From NCBI GenBank assembly GCA_024224435.1, contig JAAENL010000539.1, positions 1 to 55,563 on the forward strand: a stretch of 55,563 bases of DNA. Reading direction: 5' to 3'. Positions 1 to 11,400 of the stretch are shown one piece after another. Position numbers and translations under genes: made by a program. Under the pieces are notes generated by a model, which worked only from the letters and a program-made list of their open reading frames with translations, searched no databases and was not told the DNA's origin. Positions within the stretch are counted from its first letter, which is position 1. Every line of letters starts with the position of its first letter. The stretch comes from Halieaceae bacterium (GTDB taxonomy: Bacteria; Pseudomonadota; Gammaproteobacteria; Pseudomonadales; Halieaceae).

Positions 1-2
1 AG

Positions 3-98
3 CACCGGGACTTTATCCCGGTGTGAGGCTCGCAAGACGACTTGTGGTATTACCGGTCTATTTTCTGAACTTCCATAAGGGCCGGGCCCTACAGGGCC
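3..98. repeat. REP-like palindromes at the window edge
   Basis: CACCGGGA-cttta-TCCCGGTG (3-23, perfect 8-bp stem) and GGCCCT-ac-AGGGCC (85-98). They resemble the hairpins of REP/IS200-IS605-type arrays; the cluster may continue left of the window. Confidence 0.4.
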
Positions 99-225
99 TT
101 CGTAGTTTCAACGACGAATTCCATTCGGTTCGTGGAAACGCCATAATTGTAAAGGGGACAAGTACTCAGAATGAACCTCGCCTCTTTTACTTACATCGTG
201 CACGCTAATGGACATGGAGAATGCA

Positions 226-1221
226 ATGAATTACATGCCTGCCGAATCCCGTTATGAAAACATGGTATACCGACGCAGTGGACACAGCGGCCTGAAGCTA
301 CCCGCCATCACCTTGGGTCTCTGGTACAATTTTGGTGGGGTGGATACGTTGGAGAATGGGCGGGAGATGATTCGCCGCGCCTTCGATCTGGGCATCACCC
401 ATTTCGATCTCGCCAACAATTACGGCCCACCGCCCGGCTCCGCAGAAGAGAACTTTGGCCGCGTCCTGGCTGAAGATCTGAAACCATACCGGGATGAACT
501 CGTCATCTCCTCGAAGGCAGGCTATTACATGTGGCCGGGACCTTATGGGGAGTGGGGATCTCGGAAGTATCTGGTGGCAAGTTGTGATCAGAGCCTGAAA
601 CGCATGGGTCTGGACTACCTTGATATCTTTTACAGCCACCGCCCCGACCCAAATACGCCTCTGGAAGAGACAATGGGTGCGCTAGATTACATCGTGCGCA
701 GCGGCAGGGCTTTATATGCCGGCATTTCCACCTACGATCCCGAACAAACTCGCCAGGCGGCTGCGATCCTGCGCGACCTGGGCACGCCCTGCCTCATCCA
801 CCAGCCCCGCTACAACATGTTCGACCGCTGGATCGAGGATGGTTTGCTAGATGTGTTGGAACAAGAGGGCATCGGCTGTATCGGCTTTTCGCCTTTGTGC
901 CAGGGCATCCTTACCGATAAATATCTGAAAGACATACCCGAAGAGTCGCGTGCCGCCAAATACGATGGCGCTTTCCATTGGGGTGACAGCATCAATCAGG
1001 ATCGCATCGAAAAAGTTCGTAAGCTCAATCAACTGGCCCAGGCCCGCGGCCAATCGATGGCGCAGATGGCTATCGCCTGGACACTTCGGCACAACACCAT
1101 GACCTCCGCCCTCATTGGCGCCAGCCGGGTTAGCCAGATTGAGGAGGCGGTGTCAGCCTTAAAAAATCTGCAATTTGATGGTGGAGAACTACAGCAGATC
1201 GAGAGAATCCTGGCAGCGTGA
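226..1221 (+). CDS. gpr: L-glyceraldehyde 3-phosphate reductase / aldo-keto reductase (YghZ/Gpr family), 331 aa
   Basis: Family motifs GLWYNFG, THFDLANNYGPPPGSAE, RDELVISSKAGY, DIFYSHRPDPNTPLEETM, IHQPRYNMFDRW and SALIGAS. The AKR catalytic D/Y/K/H residues are present. Start set at ATG 226 because GGAGA (216-220) lies 5 nt upstream; the track start at 208 is an in-frame alternative. Confidence 0.93.
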   Translation: MNYMPAESRYENMVYRRSGHSGLKLPAITLGLWYNFGGVDTLENGREMIRRAFDLGITHFDLANNYGPPPGSAEENFGRVLAEDLKPYRDELVISSKAGYYMWPGPYGEWGSRKYLVASCDQSLKRMGLDYLDIFYSHRPDPNTPLEETMGALDYIVRSGRALYAGISTYDPEQTRQAAAILRDLGTPCLIHQPRYNMFDRWIEDGLLDVLEQEGIGCIGFSPLCQGILTDKYLKDIPEESRAAKYDGAFHWGDSINQDRIEKVRKLNQLAQARGQSMAQMAIAWTLRHNTMTSALIGASRVSQIEEAVSALKNLQFDGGELQQIERILAA

Positions 1222-1378
1222 CGGTCTTACTATCAGAGGAATTCGACGATAAAACGCTGGACGGATGCACAGCAGACGACACAACGGTCGCGGTAAGTAT
1301 TCCAAGAACTACATTTAGAAGTAGTACCGGATGGCGTAGCCTCGTGCTGCCTACTTCGGTCATCCGCCAGCTGAACGG

Positions 1379-1513
1379 TCAGGCTGCACGGCGATAGTCG
1401 TGGTGTAAACCAGCCAGAACAGGGAGGGCAACCACCTTTCCTGCTTTGGGTTGATCGGGTGGTTGCACCGGAATGCATTGATACAAGCTTTGATGTGGCC
1501 GAGCAGGGTTGTA
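1379..1513 (-). pseudogene. C-terminal fragment of an integrase-core transposase
   Basis: [15 protein letters not shown]...[20 protein letters not shown] matches the YNxxRPHQ motif and the [14 protein letters not shown] tail I recall from this transposase family. Confidence 0.75.
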
Positions 1514-1602
1514 GAGGCCATGGTCATCGTTTGGGCCACCCTGCTCGGCTTGGATTTGGCAATCCAGCGAGAGCAAACTGGGGCCAATGGCCGAAACGAT
1601 GA

Positions 1603-1662
1603 CCAACGCCCCAGTAACAGAAGTTTGATGCGATCAAAGTTTGTGAGCTTGGGGCGTTTGCT
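1603..1662 (-). pseudogene. N-terminal fragment of the same transposase
   Basis: [20 protein letters not shown] resembles the KRPxLTxxDRxxLvLLaR N-terminal segment of the same family. It is in a different frame from the C-terminal piece. Confidence 0.6.
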
Positions 1663-2417
1663 ATGTTGTTTGGAGATAGGAAGTCGGGAGCATAGCAGCA
1701 TAATGCCCGCAAATCCACCACAGCGAGCACCCAAATCAGCACGGATGAGCGAAGTAGCCAGCACGAGACTGCGAGGAGCAGCTGATAATCGCCCCCCTGA
1801 AGATCCGGCCGCAGCTAAATTATGGAAACCGATTGCTGCTGAATTGCGATGCAGAGCTTTAGCGGCGCCGGCCAGTGAGGATATAACCAGCGCCCGAGCA
1901 CTGAGCCTGGACTGTCATCCTATCTCTTCTGCCCAATCATGCATGCCAACAATTCCGAAGTACAGTCCCAGACATTTCTGGATATACTTCACTTGTTCTC
2001 AACTTGCATGATCGTTGAAATACGGGTATATTGCCTTCTGAGAGTGAGAATAGGCGGGCATCCTCCGATACGCTGGCAGTTTTTGTGGCGGAGTGATGAG
2101 GAACAACTTTAGCCATAAGCCAATTAGGGTTGTACGACTAAAAGTGATCATTGTCGAGCCGTACAGTGCGTTGGTTTTTCGACTTCTCGACTACCTGTTT
2201 GCCGCGGTCACTGCCTGTCGTTATATTCCTCATCATCCTCGTCCATGACGACTTTTCAGCTGTCGCTGTTATGACTCAGATTTGATGACTTCGGTTGGAA
2301 CACGACAGGGCTAGAGTCTATCGCAGCAAGCTCCCTGGATCGCTAATATCACCAGGTTACTCGTCGATTCATCGTGCAATCGGTTCATTTTTCGGTTGCT
2401 CTCAGGGACACTCATAT

Positions 2418-5400
2418 ATGCTTTCGCACATAGAAGCTCATGTTGTGAGGGATCGTTTGATACGGATCCTTCTGATCACAGCCGCCATTGTAATATCGGC
2501 CATCGTCTATATAGTGCCTGGCTCCGTTCTCAGAGCTGATGATTCGACATTTGCAGCGGAAATAGACAGAGCGCTTACCTTGGTTCGAGAGCAGGGTCGT
2601 TACCGGCTGAGTGCTACAGTTGCACAAGAACTCATCCCGAGACCAGCACCTCATATGATCGGCCGGCAAGGCGCTTCGCTCACTATGTACCTTAATGGTG
2701 AGATTTCGTCACCAGATCATGCCAGGCTGCTTTGGGAATTTACCACGGATGACCCGAGTAATCTGACACAGGTCGAGTTAATCCTTGAGGGTAGCGAAAC
2801 CTATATTGGCAGTGATAGCGAATGGCTGCGCGTTCAAGATCCCTTAGGGTTGGCGGTACCGGCCACGGATTCGTTTACCCTGCTGGATGCCATAGAGAAG
2901 GTAAAGAAACTTCCCAGTAAGGACACTGCCGGCGGGTTGGTCAGGCGCTTCAGTTTCGAGCTGGATAGTGAAAGGTACGCTGAGTTAATGCGTGACCGTA
3001 CACAGGAGTTGGTGAGCCAGAGCTTGGGGAAAGATGTTATTCTACAACCAGATCCTGGCTTCTGGCAGCAAACGGGGTCGGGAGAAGTATGGATTGGGGC
3101 TGATGGCCTGCCGCACAGAATGTATCTCACACTTCTCTTGCCAGAAGTGACGAGTGACTATGATGCCAGGCTGGAGATGCAGCTTGATTATCACGATTTC
3201 GGTGAGGCGATTGTGACATTGCCTGAGCCGATTCTCGGTGCTCCTGATGCCGATCACTTGCTCTCGGAACCTCGAGAAACAACAGGAGCGATACTCAACC
3301 TGTCTGCGGGCGATGGTGTAACCGCTAGCTTCGTCTTAGCTGCCATCTTGATCTTAGCCATCGTCCTTTTCAGCATTCGCTCGGGAACAAAACGTCGCGT
3401 CCGTGCAACAGTGGTCATGGTGACCATTCTCAGCTTGGTTACCGCTTTTCCCTTACAGGTTGGAGCGGCCGGCCTTTCCAGGCAGCGAATGAGCGTGGGG
3501 CTGACACTGCCAGAAGCCTTAACGCAGCTCGGTCTAATGCAGACAGATCAGGAGCCGGTCGGCAGAACAGATGTCACGCAGGCATCCGCATCGACCGACG
3601 TCACAGACTGTGCAGTCCTACCTGATGGCATCGCTCCTGATGAGGACTACGATGCAGATGGCATCAGTAATCTCACAGAGAATTGTCTGGGCACGAGCTA
3701 CCGCGACGCCGACACTGACTCTGATTCAATCAGCGATAGTGATGAACTCAAAGGTTTTACAGTGGGCGCCCAGACCTGGACAACAAATCCTCTGATGCGG
3801 GACTCCAATTTAGATGGCATGGATGATTTTGCCGAGTGGAGCCCATCATGGGCCACCAGCAGTCCGTCTACACTCGATGTCGATGCCGATGGTGTTGCCA
3901 ATGCTTGGGATGATGACAACGACGGCGATGGCGTGATTGACGATCTGGATATCTCACCATATGCCGTTCTGCCATACAAGTCGAGTTTCAATCTCTCTGC
4001 CAGTAAACCCGGTAACAATCAGCACAAGAATACCTATGTCTATGTCGATTTAATGGTGCAACCCTCTGATGCTGCGCATTTACGATACTTCACCACGCCG
4101 CTGGATTGGCCGTATGATGATAAGGGCCAGATCAGGGATTACGATAACTCGGACGAAGATATCACCCTCGTGCCCATGCTTGAGTTCGAGACACCCACCA
4201 GACCGAGTCTAACTTCGCAATATGGCCTCATTGTCGTCGATCCCGATACGCCTGGAAATCCCTATCGAGTCCTTGCCCCTTTAGCACCAACGGGCGCGCA
4301 GGGTGCAATAGATGCTTTTAAGACGCGTGTGGCGTTCACCGATGGCGAATCAGTGACTGGGTTGGAGATGAACGATATCAAGGTCGGCTGGTTGGGGATA
4401 GTTACATCTGACTCGCAGACGGTAACATGGGTGCGAAAAAGAAAAAACACCGGTTCCTATAAATTTGTAAAACAGACATCGATCTCAAGCGAAGATGTAG
4501 TAGCAACCGCTTATTACGAGCCATCATTCCGCATCGTGGGCATGAATATCGTCGAAACACAAGACATCGAAGTAGCGGTTTTTGGCGCCCCGAATGCTCC
4601 AGAAACGGTGGCGGATGATTCGACGCCCGATGAAGGCCGCGAGATGTATAATTTCATAGCCGGTCTCAATGTCTCTTATCTCTATAACTTGCAACCTGAC
4701 CTGCCCACGATCGTCGATCGCTTTACAAATGCGGCCACCGCTCAGGTGGAACGCTGGGGTGTAGAATCTGACCTGGCAGTCAAGTACAACACGTTCGCCC
4801 ATCAAGATCAAGCTCTGGCTGCGACGACGATGACCGATACGGTATCCCTGTTGGATGGCAACTATGCCACATCTCGTAAACCGATACTGGCCCTGGCCTA
4901 TGAGGGAATCATCGGCACCCTGAGCCTGGAACAAGAGGGCAGTGTTGCCGTAAACGGGAATACTGTGAGCATTGATCTCGCGGGAAACTCGCTAGCCAAA
5001 TTGCGTCAGGTGCAGATTTCCCAGTACGAGTGGTCTGGGGGAAGCTGGTCAGCGCTGAGTATGGCAGATGCCCTGTCTGATTTAGACAACCGTTATCCGG
5101 CACAGGCCGGTGCCGCGTCCTGGCGCGATTTTCGCTATCTGTATTTAAGCTACTATGGTGCATTGAGCAACTATATCGAAAAAGATGGTGTTACATTGGT
5201 TGGGCAACAGGCAGATGACCAGGCAGTGTTCGACTGGCTCAGCCAACCCTCGCAGAATTCCCTACCAGGATTTGTTCAGACAGCCTATAAACTTGATTCG
5301 CTAAATGGCCTCAAGGCAACCTATGGCGAACTCGAGGGCTGGCGCACCTGGCAGGAATCGTTTGTGACAGAGTCTATCGATGGTTTAGATACATTTCTGG

Positions 5401-8400
5401 TCGTGGTCATGCAGGCGCTCTCTTATACATCACCTGAGGTCTACGCGGTGACACCTTATTGGGGTGAGGGTGCATCTGCCAAGAAATTGGAACGTGCAAT
5501 AGACGCCAGTACCGGTACCATCGAAAAAGGTAGTTCGCTTCAACAAATGGCTGACCAGGCTTACAGGACTTCTACTATCGGCGTCATCATGTCGGTGATG
5601 TCAATCTGGTCACAATACAACAACGGCTCGAAAGATACATCCAATCTTCAGCAAGACGTCGAACGTGCTGAGGCAATTGCCACCTCCATCGCCCTGGTGC
5701 TCCTTCTCGTGCTGACGATTGCAGACTTCGCGTTCGGTGGTGGCCTGTTGGGCGCCATCCTCGGATTTTCAACGCTAGATTCAGTCTCGAATGCAATCGG
5801 CGTAAAAATTAACTTGCAGAGTGTATTCTCGAATCTCGCCAAGTCCATCTCCGGCGCCATCTCGAATTTCTCCATGTATTCCCAACTCGCAAGTACCAAT
5901 CCCGTGACCAGCGGGGCGCTTAGTATGACGTTGGGAGACGAGAACAAGGGCATTGTTCTGGGCAATTCCCTGTCGCTCGCCACAGATTATAGGGCCACGA
6001 TTGTCAAAGGGCCGGGAAAGAAAAAATGGAATTGGAGAAAAAGCAGGGATGGCAAATTCGATGACGTCAAGAGCAGTTCAGCCTATGCTGAATGGAAATA
6101 TGACGGATCAACCGGTTCCGTAACAGCGGATACGCCTACATACAGGCCGGATGGCTGTACCAATGATGCTTCTAATCAGGAACGTACCTGCAAAAGCAGT
6201 GTCTCGATCACCATCACCCCCGAGGAGGCGGTACGCGATCTGGGCATAAGGCTCACGACCGTGCTCAATTATTCGCTACGTTACCAATCCTGCTTCGGCG
6301 TCAACTCAGTATACAGCCGCTGCAAAGCCAAAACTACCAGCGGTGCTGAACCCCGAGAGTCGGATACAACCGCCTGGAATGACGCTACCAACACGGTCTA
6401 CGTCGATATCCTGCCCGTTACACTTGGGGATCTCTGGGACTGGCAGGAAATCGATAACCACGACTATGATGGAGATTCCCTTCCTGACGACCAGGAGTCA
6501 GGTCTGGGCACATCCCCAACCATTTGGGATAGCGACGGCGATCGGCTTTCTGACAATTACGAATATCTCAATCGCAACAATCGCCTATCCGGCAGCGATC
6601 CGTTGGACTATGATTCCGACGACGATGGTTTGAGTGATCGACAAGAGTTGCTGCTTGGCACCAGCGCTGGTGTGCCTGATACCGACGGCGATGGCTTGAA
6701 AGATGGAGAAGAAGCCTGCTACCGGTCCTTGGATGGTTCTAGAGCTGGAGGCTGGATTGTTTCTGCACTGGGCAGTGGGGATGGATTCGAATACTATGTG
6801 TGTTCCAATCCCCTGGAAGCTGATTACGACAACGACAGCATGACTGATATACAGGAAAAAACCGCTGGGACCAGCCCATTTGCCCCCAATACGGCGCCAA
6901 GACTGTCGCTGACGATTTCTCAACCGGTATTCAATTTCGGTGTTTCGACTCTCGTGGTTTTGGGACCGGGAGAACTGCTGGATCAGGAGTTCAGTCTCAA
7001 CAATGTCCTCTCGCAACCTCTTACGACAACCCTTTCCCTATGTGCTCTGAGTGGCGCATTCGATTCAGTAACAGTAATTGCTGAGTCCAGCAATAGTGGT
7101 TATACACTGCCGGCGGCAACGAGTGGCAGTGTTGGCAATGAGGACTGCACTTATTGGGATTTGAGTCAGAGCCCACTGTATTCTGGTGAAGAGGTCTCTG
7201 TACAACTTCAGGCGAGCACTGCGACGGATATTAGTAGCGGCACGATTCAGCAGAGCCTGTCACTCCCATACATCGACCCCACTGATCATTCTGCCCAGCA
7301 GGTGAAGATTAGCAAGAACATCGTGGTCGACGTAGATGAACCGCAGTCTGTCTTTGTAATGCCGGTTGAGGGTGAGGTAATCAGCGGCATAAGCTATGTC
7401 ATAGGCGGTACGGCATATGACGCGACGACGTGGGTTCAATCGGTCGAGGTGGCTGTAGATGGTGGCGCCTGGCAGACCGCAGCCGGTGCTGACACATGGT
7501 CCTGGACCTGGACTCTGCCCACGGATGGTATCTATACCTTGTCGGCAAGGGCCAGCGATATTGCGGGCAACGTCGAGTCCGTAGCGACGACCCGAAGTGT
7601 TACGATTGACAACACAGCGCCCGCAGCCTCTTTTACAAACATTGCTGACGGTGACATTCTAAGTGGGATAACGCTAAACAGCCAGGGGGGCGCCACGATT
7701 TCACTTCAAGGCAACGCCACGGATCTACTTTCTGAGGTCGCCGATGTGGCCGGGCTACAGGTCATACAGCTTTCCGTCGATGCCGGTCCCTGGGAAGCGA
7801 TATGGAATCCTCGTAGAGACCCGGTGGATACGAGCCCGTGGACTCATAACTGGCTTGTGAATGCGGGCGCCAGTGGCTCGCATACCCTGTCGGTGCGCGC
7901 TATCGATGCTGTCGGACAAATCGGGGACGCCGAAATTATCGATGTCATCCTGGACTTATTGCCGCCGCTCAGTTCGGTCAGCAATTACACATCACAGCTT
8001 CAGGGTAATACCACTTCCACACTGCGAGGATACATTGACGATACCGGCAACGTCCCCTTGCCTCCCCGTCCCCAGTTGCTCGAGGGAGCGATTGATAGCC
8101 TGAGTGACGCCACCATCTGGATCCAGGCTGATAGGGTAGGCGATCTACAGGATGCTAACGCCGCCTGGATCGGAGATTTCAATGCAGATGGCTTGGCTGA
8201 TGCCGCCGTGGGTCTTCCCAAGGATAATTCGGGCGATGGGCAAATCGTCATCATCTATGGAGCCGCAGGCGACTGGCCAGTACCACCACAGAGTTATGCA
8301 CTTTCTTCGTCACCTAGCAGTGTGATAGCCAGTGGGGGGAGCAACCTGGGCGAAATTCTGGCGCTTGCAGGCGATGTCAATGGAGATGGTCTTAGCGATC

Positions 8401-11400
8401 TGCTCGTTGGTGATCCGCTGAACGACCAGGCTTACCTCTTATACGGTCGTACCGACACAATCGGCGAGGGCTGGGACCTCAGTCTCCTCGCCCAGTCTGG
8501 CCAGTCCGCTTTTGGTGTTACGATGAGCAGTATGGAAGGGAAGAGCGGGCTAGGGGTGGCATCGGCGGGTGATGTTAATAACGATGGCTATGCTGACCTC
8601 TTGATCGCGGATGCTAACAAACTGTACCTTGTGATGGGTCGCTCTCGCTACACGCCGCAGATGGTGGATATACGCACACAGGCTGCTGCCGTCTTGCCCT
8701 TTGATAGCCTGGGAGGGGCGGTGGCCACCGGCATTGGTGATGTCGATGGCGACGGACTGGCCGACTTCGTGACAAGCGATCCCGCCGGTAGTTATGGGGC
8801 GCAATCCAGAGTCTATCTCTTCAGGGGTTCAACCAGTTATCGCACCGCCTCTTTTTCATTTCCACAGCAGTCCCTGGATCCACTAAATGATGCTATCGCC
8901 AGCTTCGTAGGTGACAGCATGGTTGGAGCGCAGATTTTGGCGTTGGGCGATGTCAACCTCGATAGTTACGCCGATTTCTTATATAGCAGTGGTGATGCAC
9001 CTCGCCTTGTATTTGGGCGTGCCGATGCTGGTTGGGGACACAATAATGGTGGTGATCGCACCCTCAGTTATAGCCCACCGGCATCGGGTGTCCTGACCGC
9101 ACCTGGGGATATCAATGCCGATGGCTTTGCCGACCTGCTGTTGGGTACGGCTTCTGGTGATGCTTATCTCATCTACGGCGCTGATTCTCTCGCGGCCATA
9201 CCTCCGATCGCGGCCACGATAGAAGGAATCGAATCCGCGGCCTCGGCGCCGTATGCAACAGGGGCTGACATCAATGGCGATCTCTCCGCCGATTTGCTGG
9301 TTTTACCCACGGGCGTTGGCAGCGGCATAACGACCGCTTCACAGACTCCCTTTGGCCGTATGCCTCACCTGGGGGCTTCTGCCCTTCCCGTCGGCGCTGC
9401 ACCCCGGCATCGTTCTGACCCGAGCTTGCTGCTTGCTGAGGTCGGCGCTAAGGTATCGACCACGTACGTCGACGACGACTACTGTTCTCTGTGTGAGAAT
9501 GATGGACGTAGCTGGGGGGTAGATGCTTTTGATGATATCGCAACTGCTGTCACGAACACGCTTGCCAAGGGTCAGGTAGTGATTATGCCCGGCCTCTACC
9601 AGGCATTCGAGATCACGAACAGCGATCTCACAATTCAAGGTGTAGATCCTGACGCAGTGATCGTAGATGGCGGGGGCGGCGATTATGTCGTTCAGATCAA
9701 TCAGGCCAATGCTATCAGCCTCGAAAACCTGACCTTACGAAACGCGACGAAAGGTATCAGCCTTGTCGATGCCCGCACTGGCGATTGGTTTCAGGACCGT
9801 TCCCGTAAGAACGAGTTGCAGGGATCCGTCGCCTATGACGTAACCTATCCGATCTATACTGATCGCAGTAGCGCCCTGGAAGTGATAGACAGCACACTTG
9901 TCGGTACGACTGCAGCTGATGAAATTATATTTGTTGACACGACGACACCAGACCCTTCGCTTACGCCAGCCTGGTCTACGCTGGCAAACATGAGCGGGTC
10001 AGATCAGGCGCTTGGAGGTTTGGCAGCTACAGACGACTACATCTATCAACTAGGGGACTCTCTGTACATGTATCGCTACCATACCTTCTCAGATTCCTGG
10101 TCTCAGCGCGAAAAGTCACCCTTTGACAAGAGCTTGACCTATGATTTCAATCTAAGCGAAGGGGGAGGTGGCGCCATCTATGTGTATGCAGTAAGCAGTG
10201 GGAAATACGCTACCTATACGTTTTCCCTTTTCAATGACCACACGAATAAGTGGACAACACTATCAAACTTCCCAGACTATAAATCCCAAGACACCTACGG
10301 TCCTGAAATGGTATTCGATGGCGAGGGCACGATCTACGCGCTCGTCCTGCAAAATCAGTTTTATGAATATGACATTGCCACCGATGTATGGACGCAGATC
10401 GGTACAACGCCTGATCGGTTCGAGCTTGGCAATGGCGCTGCCATCACCTACGCTGATGGCGCCGTCTATGTGAGCACCGGTGAAGGTGATATCGCCTACA
10501 ATGAATTCTACAAATATAATGTACAAAGAGGCAAGTGGTCGTTTTTGCCTAACCCGCCGACACCAATGAGATATGGAGCCGACATCCAATGGGATGGACT
10601 GGATACCATCTATGCTGTCGCTGGGGGCGACAGCAAGACGATGCTGAGCTACAGCATCGCTCGCAAGAAATGGACACAATTGTCAAATACATTAAAGCCC
10701 ATCGGTCCTGATGCAGGCTTAACCCGGCAGGATACCGCGCTATACGTTCACTCAGGTAGTAGCACGAACGGCAATCGCTTCTTTTGGGATTACAGCCCCG
10801 TCGGCATCAATGCTGTGAAACTGGATCTGGATAGTGTCGCTCTGGTAGCACCTGTAGGAACGAGTTCACCTCAGTGGCTGAATCTAAACGACAATCTATA
10901 CGACTATTACTACCAAACGACAGATTCGATGTGGGTGGGGGGAGATAGCTGGTCACCCACGCCTGATTCCACACCGATTGCATTTGCGGATGCCCAGTTC
11001 CGGGATCCGAGCGATGGTGTATACAGAGTGGGGGCGGGTACAGCGCTTTCAGCCGGCTATCACAGCTATCTGGCCAGGTCCTATGTATCTACTGACTACT
11101 GTTCGGCATGTGAAAATGATGACTTCACCTGGAGAGTAGATGCCTTCGATTCGATCCAAGAGGCCATTTACAGCGGCGCCGAGTTGATTCAAGTACGCCC
11201 TGGCATTTACAGAGAGAACTTCTCTCTGGTCAGTGGTGTGGATGTCGTAGGCGCAGGTGGCGAGACAACCATCATCCAACCCCCTTCGAGCGCTTACCAG
11301 GGTGCACTTGTCAGCGCTGAAGGAACCAACGGCATTCGATTGGCTCATCTTAGCCTGGATGGTTCAGATACGGCGGTGGGTTTCCGCATCGAAGATGGCG

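Larger units (their letters stand above)
1335..1773 (-). mobile_element. Internally deleted IS relic (integrase-core/DDE transposase type) with terminal inverted repeats
   Basis: 1335-1366 and 1742-1773 are inverted repeats matching at 28/32 positions. Between them on - lie an N-terminal transposase-like fragment and a C-terminal one, with the catalytic middle missing. No target-site duplication is evident. Confidence 0.72.

Noticed and set aside
23-208. 61-aa ORF upstream of gpr
   Set aside because: GTG start inside a palindrome, no RBS, no recognisable motif; overlaps repeat and probable promoter DNA.
1451-2011. 186-aa + strand ORF and overlapping short ORFs
   Set aside because: Largely the antisense of the transposase relic, crosses its IR, has a TTG start and no protein-like features.
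2295-2417. Track's 5' extension of GP1 from TTG 2295
   Set aside because: It would put about 50 polar residues before the signal peptide; the paralogs start directly at the basic n-region.
4436-4447. A5-G-A6 tract as a phase-variation site
   Set aside because: The runs are too short and are explained by Arg/Lys/Asn codons; the frame is intact.
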